Below are positions 39,701 to 50,681 of a DNA stretch of 64,000 nt, in pieces; position 1 is the stretch's first letter; each line of letters opens with the position of its first letter. The notes beneath the pieces are model-generated. The model saw nothing but the letters and a program-made list of their open reading frames with translations, made no database searches and was not told the DNA's origin. The DNA is from Podarcis pityusensis. Taxonomy: Eukaryota. Location: NCBI GenBank assembly GCA_964106645.2, contig OZ067038.1, one strand, 5' to 3'. The position numbers were made by a program, and so were the translations under genes.

Positions 39701-42700
39701 GTAACCTTCATTTTTGTATTTGTCTAACAATCTGTAATATTCAATTTTTTAAAACGTTAACTAAAAATACAAGTGTCTGTAAACTAAAACGTGCCTTGTT
39801 GACAAACACGACAATACAGCTAGCTGCCTCTCTGAAAGAGGCATGCTGGAAAACATACAATGGTCTCTGAAAAATTGTTTACCTGTGATGGTGGAGAAGT
39901 AGAAAAAGAGGTGGTGCAGGCTTCTTGAGAATCTTCCACTGATGGGTATGCATTTTCCTCACCAGCTGTTCTGTAACAGAAGGAGATAAACTTCAAAATG
40001 GGAATGTTCAATAAAACACAAGATTTAAAGTACATACAGAGACAGACATTGTAGACAGAACATCTGAGTGGAGTTGAAAGGAGAATTATGAAGGAGCTCT
40101 AACTCTTTCCATATCGGGGTTTAAATAAATGCTACTAGAGTGGATTAAGTCTGGATTTTATTTGTCCAGGAGAAGTATGAAACATTATTCACCTATCTGC
40201 CTTTTAGTTTTTGTTAGGAAGATTCTTCCTGATAAATGTTACCTATGCTACCAGCTGTAGAACATAGCTGTCAACGTTTCCCTTTTTTAAAGGGAAATTC
40301 CCTTATTCCGAACAGGATCCCTGACAAGAAAAGGGAAATGTTGACAGCTATGCTGTAGAGATGTACAAAATGTAGCTTCAAAGCCAGTTTAAAGCACCTT
40401 ATCATTGCTTTTGGTCTGACTGCAAAGGAAATGTTTATAAAATAAAACCTTTTACTAAAAGAACCCTTTGATTTTTATGACCACCTGTTATGTATGCTTC
40501 AGTTGAGATTCCTGCACTGCAGAGGGTTGGACTAGAGGACCCTTCAAACTCTAAAATTCTATGATTCTTTGTCAAAATATTATACATTGCAATGGGTTGG
40601 CTCTAGGCTTCCCATAAGTGGAATTCCACTTCCAAGATGCTTCCGCTGGATAAGGAGGGGGTAGTTATTCATCAGTTCCTAGTTTCACTGCTCCTGAGGG
40701 TTGCAAAAAGTGAGGGAGATGGCATACCTCCAGTCCCTCTTCCTCCAGCAGAAGCATCTGCTGGTAAACATTCCCTTTCACAAATTAAAGTAGATCCAGT
40801 ATTTGAAAACTATATGAAATAAATGAACCACGAATGCTTTTGAATGCTGACACTTGAGTGTACAAACACTAAAATCAATGCTTGCAATGCACTGTGTTAG
40901 CTTTCTTCTGCAACTCATTTCACTTAGCAGTTAAGAGTTTTCCCTCTGCATTGTATTTTTTTCTGATTATATACTAATGATGCAAATGAGAATTCATGTG
41001 AACCACTGTCTACATGAACTGGAGAGAGTCTGAAAGTCTAAGAACCCTCTAGACCATATGCCATTCACCCACTTCTTATAGAATAGAAAATGCAGGGTTT
41101 TCCATTTCATGTAAGGACTTTTTCTTTTCTCCACCCAGCAGTGCATGATGCAGAGGCTCTGTATTTGGGAAGAACTGCCTTCACCTATGATCTGTGATTT
41201 GCATTTCCTCACCTGTAATTGCAGGGATGCATGGGTGAGGAGCTGGGGTAGGGACGGTCCACAAAGTGATCAATGATAATCCCCATGATAGGTGGGGTCC
41301 TCTCAAACTGCCTGCAATGCAACAAGCAAATGGTGTTATTCATAAGACTGTGTTCTCTTCTCTGCTGCAACCCCAATTCTGACAGCTAGACTGCTCTTCT
41401 GCATCAGTTAATGGGAAGCAGAGCATCCCCACAATTCAACCCTGCAACTCCACACATGAACAAGGAAATTGGTGTTCAGGAGCATGACTCAGGGCTACCA
41501 AACAATATCACTCCACAAAATCTGAGAAGCCCAGGATTTGGGGCTTCAGAAATGGAAAGTGTCCTGGAAAATGTGGATTAGTTTGACTCTCATGCTCTCA
41601 CCTGGTAGACATGAAAGCTAGGTTGATTCTGTAGGCACAGGACAAAGTGATGGTGCCTAATGGAGTACCCACTGTCCCAACACGGACGGTCTGAAATCCT
41701 ATGGAAATAGAAGAAAAATTACCAATAATAATAATAATAATAATAATTATTATTATTTAATAGTCAGCATTAAAGATAAAGATTGATTTGCCATTTCTCT
41801 GTTGCTGAATGACAATTTATGTCATTCTGCTAGCAACAAAGGGATAACAATATGCTCTCCTGCCATATCCCTTACTGAAGGCATACCTCTTCCTAATAAA
41901 TCTCTCAGCATCTTTTTTTAAAAAGTTGTTTTACTAATTGTGCTAGTCCATGTAGGGACTGATGCACGTGCTGTTAATAAATGTTATATTGCTATTATTG
42001 ACCTCCAGTAAGGGACTCTCCTAATTTCCCCTACATCCAAAATCCTTCATGTTACTGGTATATAGTAATTGGTTTTTTTTTAAGTCTTCAGCTAGTTTGT
42101 TCATTGGCAAACCATACCTTCTCCCAAGCCACTCAGCTGAACTTCTCCGAAGTATATCCTATGAGAGAGAGAGAGTGCACATTAAATATAGTCTACTAGG
42201 TAGTATAAAGTCAGGTGCACTAAGTGTTTATCATTGAGCTGGGTCTTCTGATTTACAAAGTACTTTACAAGATTAAGATTCTTTACCTATACAATATTTA
42301 TCTGAGTATTATTGCTTTTTACTCATGAGTACATTGTTGTTAGCCGCCCTGAGCCCGGCTTCGGCTGGGGAGGGCGGGATATAAATAAAAATTTATTATT
42401 ATTATTATTAACTGGGACTGAAAGACAGCAGTTTGTCCAATGCAGTCATCCAGTAAATTCATGGCTGAGCTGGAAATCTGAACCCACAGCTCATATTCCA
42501 TTCACTGGTCATCAGATGAACCAGAAGTACCATTGCAAGACCCAATTCAGGCTTGCCCTTTCTATTTAAAAAGGATCCCCCCTCACCTGCCAAACCTTTA
42601 GCGGTTCGAAAACTTTCTACCAGACATGTTCTAAGACAAAGATGGGAGAAAAAAGTTATGTTTTAACTAAGGATCCTTTTAAAGGAAACAACTGAGGAAG

Positions 42701-45700
42701 CAAGTTGGCTTTTAAAGGGAAAGATATTCTAAGAATATGGAGAAGCTAAAGAAAAATAATGAAGCGTTGATCAAGAATTGCAAAATACCATAGGAAAAAA
42801 TAAGTGGGAAAAGTGCATAAGAGCCAATAGTTCTATTGTTTCTATTTCAATATTTATTACCTGTACAATATTACATATTCATGACCTTGTTTCCTGGAGA
42901 GTCTGTAGGCAGGAGTCACCCTTGTTATAGCAAGTAAAGACTTCAGTAATAGAGACAGTCTGTTGTACACAGTGTAGGAAACTTTGATTTCTTTATCACA
43001 CCTAAAAAGCACAGAGAAATGAGTTAGTCCAATATTCTCAATGAAGTGACACAAAGTACACTAATACAAGCTAGAGACAGTGACATTTGTGGTCTACTTT
43101 AGATTTAGCCATGTAAAATAGAAGCAATTGAGATTACAACTTGCCCTCAGAAACACAATCTATTCATATACCTTATGCAATTTGTTCCCAAAGAATATTT
43201 ATCTAATTGCAAAAAAGTATTTGCAGAAGTTACAAATAATCTTGTACTAGAATTAATCAATGTTAAGTTTTTGAGCATTTTGTAGCTTATTTTCTTATAT
43301 AGCTTGTAGATACCTATATAATTATCTTGCATAATTCTTATTTTTAATCAGTTAGAAATCCTTGTACTTCAGCACCTAGCCAAAAAGATACACATGACTT
43401 TAAATACTGAACAGGTATGTTCTGTGAAAAGACACTTGAATTTCTCAGCTAACAGATACCAAGAGTTCTCTCTTACTTGAATGATAAATGTCGTAAAACC
43501 TTAAGTCCCTTTGCAATTTTTCTAGTCTAGGAGACAAGTAAAAGCTACGAAGCAGCAGATGCTTGTGGCTAATTATGTTTGCCTGATACAGAATTAAAAA
43601 AAAAATCAGAACTAAACTGCTGACTCACTGTAGATAATTTAACTCCAGTGTCTTCTACAACATTGTTAAATCAAAACAGGCCATTTAAATCATGGGTCAA
43701 TAGGAGGATTTATTTTAGAGTTTTCTGCCATCTAATAATAACTGCCCTTTTAGATCCAGGGTGAATTGATTTAAATTAGTCATTTAAAATCACCAACAAC
43801 CAAAACAACCAACAGAAAACAACCTAATTTAACTCAACTTTCCTATTTTGTAATTCATGCATTTCCTAAACCTGAGTGCACACGGAGTGGTTGCTATTAC
43901 CATTTAACCATATTGGCTTGCAACTATAGTCATTGAAGATAATCCAAACCTCACATGGTTTTAGCTCTACCCTGTTATATCTGCTTCAAGGCAAGTGGGG
44001 AAACTGTGAACATGACTCAGAACATAAGAAGAGTCCTGCTGTATCAGACCAAATAACTATTTCGTTGAGTCTTCTGTTTCCCACAGTGGCCAACCAAATG
44101 CATATGGGAAGCCCACAAACAGAACATGAGTGCAACAGCCCTCTCCCATTGTTGTTTCCCAGCAACTAGTATTCAGATGAAGTTCTGTGCCCTTATGCAC
44201 TCAGTCAGCCAAGGAATATCTGCTTATTGGACAAGAATCAGCAACACACACTTACTTTTCATTCATTTCCAAACACCAAATTTCCAACTCCATGGAATCC
44301 CCCTGCAGTGGAAAAAGGAATGTTTAAATAACATCTTTGTGAGATGCTCAATGAATGGGAAAAACCTGCAAAATAAGTTTATCATCATATGAATAATCTT
44401 TTTTGATCTTACTGTGGTTCCTTTGGAAGTTGAATGGAGACACAAAATTCAAAATACTTCATGTAATAATGAATTTGTAGCTATGGTTTGCTCCTTCTGA
44501 TTCATAAGATTAAAGATTTGTATATAAAAACAGGAGCACCTTTCCCCCCTTGTGAGATGCGCTCAGCTTCCTTTTGACTTCAAATGACAAATATACTTAC
44601 AAATGGCCTCAACAGTTTGGCCCACATGCTTCTGGTGGGCTGTTTGTTGAAAGCAGTTTGTTTGCTTGTTTAAAGCTCAACCCTATACGTGGTAACCATC
44701 ATACAGTTCATGTTTTATTTTTCTAATGATGATTATTTTAAAAACAGATACTGTATTTAGGCTGAAAAACTATTTTGGATAGTTAGGGTGCCTCTACACA
44801 ACCCTCTATAAAGAATGTGACAACAACATAGTAACTGCAGTTTATGACCTAGGGTGGCTCTTTTTTATGTATAGACTCTCCTTAACAGTGTCAGTAGTGG
44901 TGCGCTAAAAAACGCTTGCAATAGATATCATGTGTATAGTATGAAGACATTGCTGACATGAGCCTTAAAGCATGAAGATGGCAGAAGTATAGTTTTGCTT
45001 AGGCTTTACCTCAGAGGTTTTGAGAGAGATTTCCACACACATTGACCGCCCAACAGCAGGCAGCTGTCCTGCCAAGGCTTTTTTTGCTTCATGGGTAACT
45101 TCTGGGATATCTTTGATTGCCAAGTTGAACTGCAAAATTAAGAGAGTTGATTTTACTTTTGAGGAACTTATTTGAGAAATCTACCATGTGTCACACAACA
45201 GGAATGTATGTATTGGAACTTACAACTTACTGTATTTACTCAAATGTAATGCACACCTTTTTTTGCCAAATTTCATCACAAAAATTATTGTGCGCATTAG
45301 ATTTGATGCCGCATTTACATTCGCAAGCAAATACTTTTTTGGTTTCCAGGTTTTGAAATTTGAGGTACACATTAGATTCGTATAAAGATGACAACAGGAC
45401 AAAATATTCTCTGCTGTCACACACTGATGATTACTAATAACAGTCTTGCTTTACTTTTTTTTTGGTAAAGCAGATAATATCATCACAAAAATTTCCCAGC
45501 TCCTTCCTTGTTCTCTCTATTTACAGTTCCTCTCTTGAGAGCTTTTATCAGAGCCACAGATGAAAAGTAATTAAGAGAAATCTACCCAGAATCAGCTGAG
45601 GTAGAAACTATTCAGACATATATATTATTTTTATATCCAGTACCACAAGATGCCCAAATAGTAGTTTTATGTGGTTAAAAAGAAAAGGAATACTGTTTTA

Positions 45701-46688
45701 ACATTTTTGCATGGTTCTATGTCTGCAGTTCTGCTTCAGTCTTATGTTTCCTGTATCTTAACATGACACAAGTATGGGAATAATGGGATTGCTATGAGGA
45801 ATATAGTTTACCCAGTCAGAGCCTGTTGGCGAGGATGATGATCGAGTACAGATTTTTTCACCAAGTCGGGCCTGGACAATCACTTGTACAGTCTGAAAGA
45901 GAAAATATGAGATTTGTGAGAAGTCAAGATTTGTTACTAAACAGGAGAGAGATGAGATGAAACACAGAAACAAAAGTAACCGCTTTCACTACTTCAGTGT
46001 TTTTGTTGGTCTTCCATGATTTTATCCTTCCCCTCTTGCTGTCAAGATCATTCACCTCTCTTGTTGGTAAAACCATACATTTCTCCTTTAATCTGTACAT
46101 ACGCTTTACCAGCTTGCTCTGCAACATCTATACTAATCTCAGTCAATCAGCGCAGGACAATCAATGGGTGCTATAGGATGCTGTCTATAAGCAAGGCTTT
46201 GATATCTAGATACCTCCCTTCCCTTCCCTAACCTCACCACTGTGTGGCTTCCTGCTTTGTCTACCTGGAATCCCAGTTCCAAACTCCCTTTCCTTGACTC
46301 TTAAGCATATGTGATTCAGTCCCAAGGTCTGCAGACAAGTCACCTGACAGTCAAATAAGAGCTTGTCATATTCAAAAGCTGGATGACTATGGGGCTTTGT
46401 TTTGTTTTGATACTATAATCTATATTTTTAGAAATCCAAATGAAGTCAGAGATCAGCAGAAAATGTTGTTTTAAAAGGTTTTGACATTGCATCAATCAAC
46501 ATTATGGCACGGCAGCATGTGGCATTGCAATAAGTACAGGGAGTTTTGGTTTGTCACAGTGCAACAGGAATGTGGATTTTTTTTTTTTTTTACTTCTATT
46601 CCAAAAAACAAAAAATTACCTTCAGAGCAAAAAATTTGATGAACTTGTCCAGGTCCTTCCTGTCCTGGGAGCTGAGATCAGTGTCCAT
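30661..46688 (-). CDS. ATG13: Autophagy-related protein 13 (HORMA domain, LIR, ULK1-binding C-terminus), 17 coding exons, 550 aa longest form
   Basis: complement(join(30661..30738,32011..32139,32919..33035,33215..33292,33610..33727,35739..35878,36410..36520,38212..38310,39883..39970,41213..41311,41602..41698,42118..42158,42861..43001,44256..44302,45010..45129,45812..45892,46620..46688)) = 1653 nt, all GT-AG. Translation [36 protein letters not shown]...DDFVMVDF...[10 protein letters not shown]. Confidence 0.97.
32011..32139 (-). CDS. ATG13: ATG13 coding exon 16
   Basis: [43 protein letters not shown]. Confidence 0.95.
32919..33035 (-). CDS. ATG13: ATG13 coding exon 15 (LIR motif DDFVMV)
   Basis: [39 protein letters not shown]. 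Confidence 0.95.
33215..33292 (-). CDS. ATG13: ATG13 coding exon 14
   Basis: [26 protein letters not shown]. Confidence 0.94.
33610..33727 (-). CDS. ATG13: ATG13 coding exon 13
   Basis: [39 protein letters not shown]. Confidence 0.95.
35739..35878 (-). CDS. ATG13: ATG13 coding exon 12
   Basis: [46 protein letters not shown]. Confidence 0.93.
36410..36520 (-). CDS. ATG13: ATG13 coding exon 11 (111-nt, cassette in mammals)
   Basis: [37 protein letters not shown]; phase 0-0. Confidence 0.92.
38212..38310 (-). CDS. ATG13: ATG13 coding exon 10 (99-nt cassette exon)
   Basis: [33 protein letters not shown]; phase 0-0; resembles the insert of the longest mammalian isoform. Confidence 0.9.
39883..39970 (-). 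CDS. ATG13: ATG13 coding exon 9
   Basis: [29 protein letters not shown]. Confidence 0.94.
40263..40352. mobile_element. 90-bp hAT-type MITE
   Basis: 24-bp TIRs catagctgtcaac(g/a)tttccctttt; 8-bp TSD ctgtagaa/ctgtagag. Confidence 0.85.
40505..40570 (+). mobile_element. CR1 3-prime tail remnant
   Basis: gggttggactagaggacccttcaaactctaaaattctatgattct. Confidence 0.7.
41213..41311 (-). CDS. ATG13: ATG13 coding exon 8
   Basis: [33 protein letters not shown]. Confidence 0.95.
41602..41698 (-). CDS. ATG13: ATG13 coding exon 7
   Basis: [32 protein letters not shown]. Confidence 0.95.
41724..41757. repeat. (AAT)n/(TAT)n microsatellite just upstream of the ATG13 exon 7 acceptor
   Basis: Direct reading. 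Confidence 0.9.
42118..42158 (-). CDS. ATG13: ATG13 coding exon 6
   Basis: [14 protein letters not shown]. Confidence 0.93.
42861..43001 (-). CDS. ATG13: ATG13 coding exon 5
   Basis: [47 protein letters not shown]. Confidence 0.95.
44256..44302 (-). CDS. ATG13: ATG13 coding exon 4
   Basis: [16 protein letters not shown]. Confidence 0.95.
45010..45129 (-). CDS. ATG13: ATG13 coding exon 3
   Basis: [40 protein letters not shown]. Confidence 0.95.
45228..45390. mobile_element. Degenerate Tc2/pogo-like MITE
   Basis: ta|ctgtatttactcaaatgtaatgcacac with inverted gtgcgcattagattt and gtacacattagattcg copies. Confidence 0.5.
45812..45892 (-). CDS. ATG13: ATG13 coding exon 2
   Basis: [27 protein letters not shown]. 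Confidence 0.95.
46620..46688 (-). CDS. ATG13: ATG13 coding exon 1 (exon starts 46701)
   Basis: [23 protein letters not shown]. Confidence 0.95.
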
Positions 46689-48321
46689 TGCATATGGAAA
46701 TCTAGAATAGAACAGGCATAAATATTCCAATTTGTTACTAATAGAAGAGCTTACTATATTATTTAAACTAATCAAAGTTAATGAACTTCAGGAAACTATG
46801 GTAATCTTAAAGAGACATAAAACTAATCTTAACCTTGCTGAGATAAATTTGTGTGATTTACATTAATAAACTACTAGCCACGAAGAGAATATGCACCAGT
46901 GAAAAGTTTATGTGCATTTTGAGAATCAGCTCAGTTGTTATGGGAACTGGAGCAGGAAAAGATCACATTTTATTTAAGCTGCTGAACTTGCTAGAACTAA
47001 GTGCCAAATGAGTTTGGTCATTATATGCATTTAAAGAAGCACATTTGTACAAAGCAATGAGAGTCTACACATGGAAGTCATTCTTTGCATAAAAATTGAC
47101 CTATGTAGGCAGCAGAGCAGTACTGGCAGGTAACTGACCCCCTGATGGCAGTATAGCTGATGATATTTTTATTAAGTCCTCCAATTGTGTTGCTGGAGTG
47201 GATATGTGGGCAGACCTTGCATTTGTCATGTCACAGCCCTACTGTAGCTTAGTCATACTTATGAGCAGGTGCTAGTCTGTGAAAGTTCATGCCATAATAA
47301 ATGTCTTCAAGATACCCCCAGACACTCCCCACCATCCCATCTCTCCACCATCCCAGAATGCTTCACAGGTACATTCCTTGAAACAATATAATGTTAAAAT
47401 GCAATGGACTCAGCACTGGGCAAAAGTGCAAAGTACACCTGAATAATACTGTCCCTTTCTCTAAACAGGTGTTATATTTGATAAACTATTTCATTTCTTG
47501 ATAAATGAACAATGATACCTACCTAGTTATCATGAAACTGTGACAGATAAAATGCAGTGTAGAACAAAAAGGGCCAACAGATTTGACCTAAGCTGTAGTT
47601 AGGAAAATTTGCATGTTTGCTTGCTGAAAATAAAGTTTTATATATCAGAATTTGACCAATATATGGATCATGAGCTGGATACAGACTAAGTCGTGCTTGA
47701 GAAGACCCACTGAAATCAATGGAACACAAATTGACTAACTTGTCCCCTGAATTTGAGTGGATCATGCTAAACATCACACACTATTTTTCTCAGTGATCTA
47801 CCAATGTTACTGAACACAGCTGGAGCCTTAATGTCAGAATATTTATTTTCAGCCCAGAGGATAACATTATCTAAAAGGTGATATTTTTTACCTATGAGCT
47901 AGCCAGGTCAGGGAACTATTGGGTTCTAGGCTTCAGAAAGCTTTTTTGCAACTGACATCCCCATCCTCACATGAAAATCAATACACACAAACTGTAGCAC
48001 TTATCAAAATTTTCATTTTTGAAGTTTTGAAGAAAAACTTCCATTATATAATGGAAATTAACACAAATTCACATATGTGACACACCTTCTTTGTGATGGT
48101 CTATTGTATATTTCAGACATGCTTGTGCTTTACTGCATGGTGGTAATTTCCACGGGACCAATCCTACTCTAAACCCTTGTTGCTTTTAGTGCCTCTTTCC
48201 TGAGTAACTATAATACACAGCATATCTAAAGCATAATATTTCATTTATTATTATTTATATAACACTTTTCAGGAAAATCTCACAAAGCGGTTTACAAAAA
48301 AAATTAAATTAATAAGTATTA

Positions 48322-48965
48322 CCGTATTTTTCGTCCCATAGGACGCACCTAGTTTTTTTTTGGGGGGGGGGAAATAAAGGAAAAATTTTTTCCCTTTATT
48401 TCCCCCCCAAAAGCAGGTCGGGGAAACTGAACAAGGTCGAGGAACAGCGGGATGGCGGCGCTGCGCCTCCCTGCTGTCCCCCGAGCTTGTGGGGCTGGCC
48501 GATGTCTGCCCGGCGCGCGGGGCGCTCTGCTTCAGGGCGCCCCGCCCGCTGGGCAGCAGGCTGCTATCCGCAGCGTGGGGAGCCCTGCAGGGAACTCCTG
48601 CAGGGCTCCCCACGCTGCGGATGTGTTCCCGAAGCGCCGGGCGCTCTGCTTTCAGGGTGCCCGGCGCTCCGGGAAGCAGGCTGCTATCCGCAGCCTAGAA
48701 ATCCCTGCAGGACCTCCCGCAGGCCTGCCTAGGCTGCGGATGTGTTCCCGAAGCGCCGGGCGCTTGCTTTCAACGCGCCCGGCACTCTGGGAAGCAGGCT
48801 GCGGATGTCTTCCTGAAGCCTGGAGAGCGAGAGGGGTTGGTGCGCACCGACCCCTCTCGCTCTCCAAGCTTCAGCGAAAGCCTGCATTCGCCCCATAGGA
48901 CGCACCCAGATTTCCCCTTCATTTTTGGAGGGGAAAAAGTGCGTCCTATAGGGTGAAAAATACGG
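48322..48965. mobile_element. Young Tc2/pogo-like non-autonomous DNA transposon with GC-rich internal palindromic repeats
   Basis: TIRs ccgtatttttc(gtcccatagg/accctatagg)acgcac; TA TSD (48320-21, 48966-67); CpG-rich interior. Confidence 0.9.
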
Positions 48966-49312
48966 TAATTAAAACGGAGTAATAAAGCAGCAAAAACAAA
49001 TTACAATGACTTTTTTTCCAAAAGCTAGATATTGCCTTCTCTCAGATCAAAACTGTTCTTCAATAACACTGTGGTGGCAGGTTTCTTTTTACAGGGTAAG
49101 GAAACAGCTTTCTTTGCTCTCCATTCTGGCAGACACATTTAAAACAAAGGGTGTTAAGAAATGAGTAACCTCAACCCATATAGTATTTCAATGAGAATAC
49201 AGGATGGACAATTATACTGGTTATGTCTCTCAGTGCAGTGATTCTAGAACCTTCACAAGGTACTAGAATATCAGAGATACTTCATGATTCTCAGGTTACA
49301 GATCATTCACTT

Positions 49313-49505
49313 TGGGCCAAGCTGTAGCTCAGTAGTAAGGCATTAACTTTGGAGGCAGAAAGTTCCAGGTTTAATCACCAGTTAAAAGCACTTCGGTAAC
49401 AGGAGGATGTGAAAAACTTTGGTTCAACAACTTTGAAAGCTACTGCCAGTCAAAACAACCAATACTGGGCTAGATGCACTCAGTATAAGACAGTTTTCTA
49501 TTTCA
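49313..49505 (+). mobile_element. tRNA-derived SINE (Squam3-like), degraded
   Basis: tagctcagtagtaagg A box, ccaggtttaatc B-box remnant, ctgccagtc...aatactgggctagatg body. Confidence 0.65.
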
Positions 49506-49902
49506 CAAGGCTTTCCAATTAACAGCAGCATTGCTTTCTCTAGTGCAAACTCCTTAAAAGCAGGAAAACATTTTAAAAGAGCCCAATTAAAAAATTCAAA
49601 TAAAAGCCAAACACATCTGGTTGACACACAAAGCATTTATGAACCTGCTCCTCCTTTGCCTGTTTACCATGTTTTGAGAGTAGGGAGCAGTTGTCTTGGC
49701 AACATTTGCATCACAATCTCCTAAGAGGAACAAGAAACACTAGATAGAGCTCCAACTTAGGGGTTGATTCTTTCAGGAGAAATAATTATCCTTGAATTCA
49801 AGTCCAGGCAGATCTAATGTATGCCACCTCACCATTAGTCTTTCTTGGACCCAGAGAACTGAGTGTAATGTTAAAGGCAAGAAATTTCAGCCTGCTCAGT
49901 AC

Positions 49903-49947
49903 CTAGGAAGGAGAGTTTGTGGGAATCCACTGTAAGTTACTGATTTC
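49903..49947 (-). other. ATG13: Candidate 45-nt non-coding (5-prime UTR) cassette exon of ATG13
   Basis: Minus strand: ttttttaattcag|GAAATCAGTAACTTACAGTGGATTCCCACAAACTCTCCTTCCTAG|gtactg. Confidence 0.45.
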
Positions 49948-50469
49948 CTGAATTAAAAAACAACAGCTACATGTAATAATAATCATAAATTATTTAACAA
50001 CATTAGAAGAAAACTGACTATATAATATTTTGGGGCAGTAAGAATATGTTGCAGTATGGAGTGCTTCTGTATGGTGCTCCAGTCAGCCAAGCCTTCCTTC
50101 CTTACACTCCTGGCATCACCCACCTCAGTCAACGTACTCAGCCTTCAATGGGCTGTTTTGACTCCCCTGCCTCAACCTAAAGATTTTTAGTACTTTTGCA
50201 AGCTGGGATACCCAGAAGCCTGCTGATATCTCTCTCTTGTGCATGCATGGTAATGTTTTGATTACATAAACACTGGCACTTGGATAATTGAATTTGCTCT
50301 TAGTACAGATTCTATGATAGAAAGCATATGTTTATAAACTTGACAAGCTGGATCTCATTTTGTTCTGGAATGAAAATTATTTCTGTTACATTATGAACAT
50401 ATATTTCTAAATTTGGAGAAAATACTAAATATGATGTCCTAAAGACCTATGGTTCACTTATCCCCATTT

Positions 50470-50681
50470 CTTCCAGTAGCACCTTAAAGACCAACTAAGT
50501 TAGTTCTTGGTATGAGCTTTCGTGTGCAAGCACACTTCTTCAGATACACACTGTGTATCTGAAGAAGTGTGCTTGCACACGAAAGCTCATACCAAGAACT
50601 AACTTAGTCGGTCTTTAAGGTGCTACTGGAAGGAATTTTTTTGTTTTGACTATGGCAGACCAACACGGCTACCTATCTGTA
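50470..50681. mobile_element. Penelope-like retroelement terminal fragment with inverted duplication
   Basis: 81-bp inverted arms (50470..50550 / 50552..50632), PLE-type tail gactatggcagaccaacacggctacc, 14-bp TSD acttatccccattt (50456..50469 / 50682..50695). Confidence 0.85.
50555..50592 (+). ncRNA. Minimal type I hammerhead ribozyme motif (PLE type); mirror copy on minus strand at 50510..50547
   Basis: GUAU-CUGAAGA-A-GUGUGC-UU-GCACAC-GAAA-GC-UC-AUAC: helix I GUAU/AUAC, catalytic core, helix II, palindromic AGCU in place of helix III. Confidence 0.7.

Noticed and set aside
40728-40760. 33-nt in-frame cassette exon candidate in ATG13 (minus strand, GAG|gtatgc donor)
   Set aside because: The acceptor lacks a polypyrimidine tract (gaaagggaatgtttaccag), and the peptide is not recognised.
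48269-48898. Cluster of GC-rich ORFs (148 aa and others) or a third promoter island
   Set aside because: It lies inside a TIR/TA-bounded MITE; the ORFs reflect high GC and tandem repeats.
50470-50632. Pre-miRNA or CRISPR-like structure
   Set aside because: The near-perfect 81-bp arms with a 1-nt loop, TSD and Penelope tail explain it; there is no spacer array.
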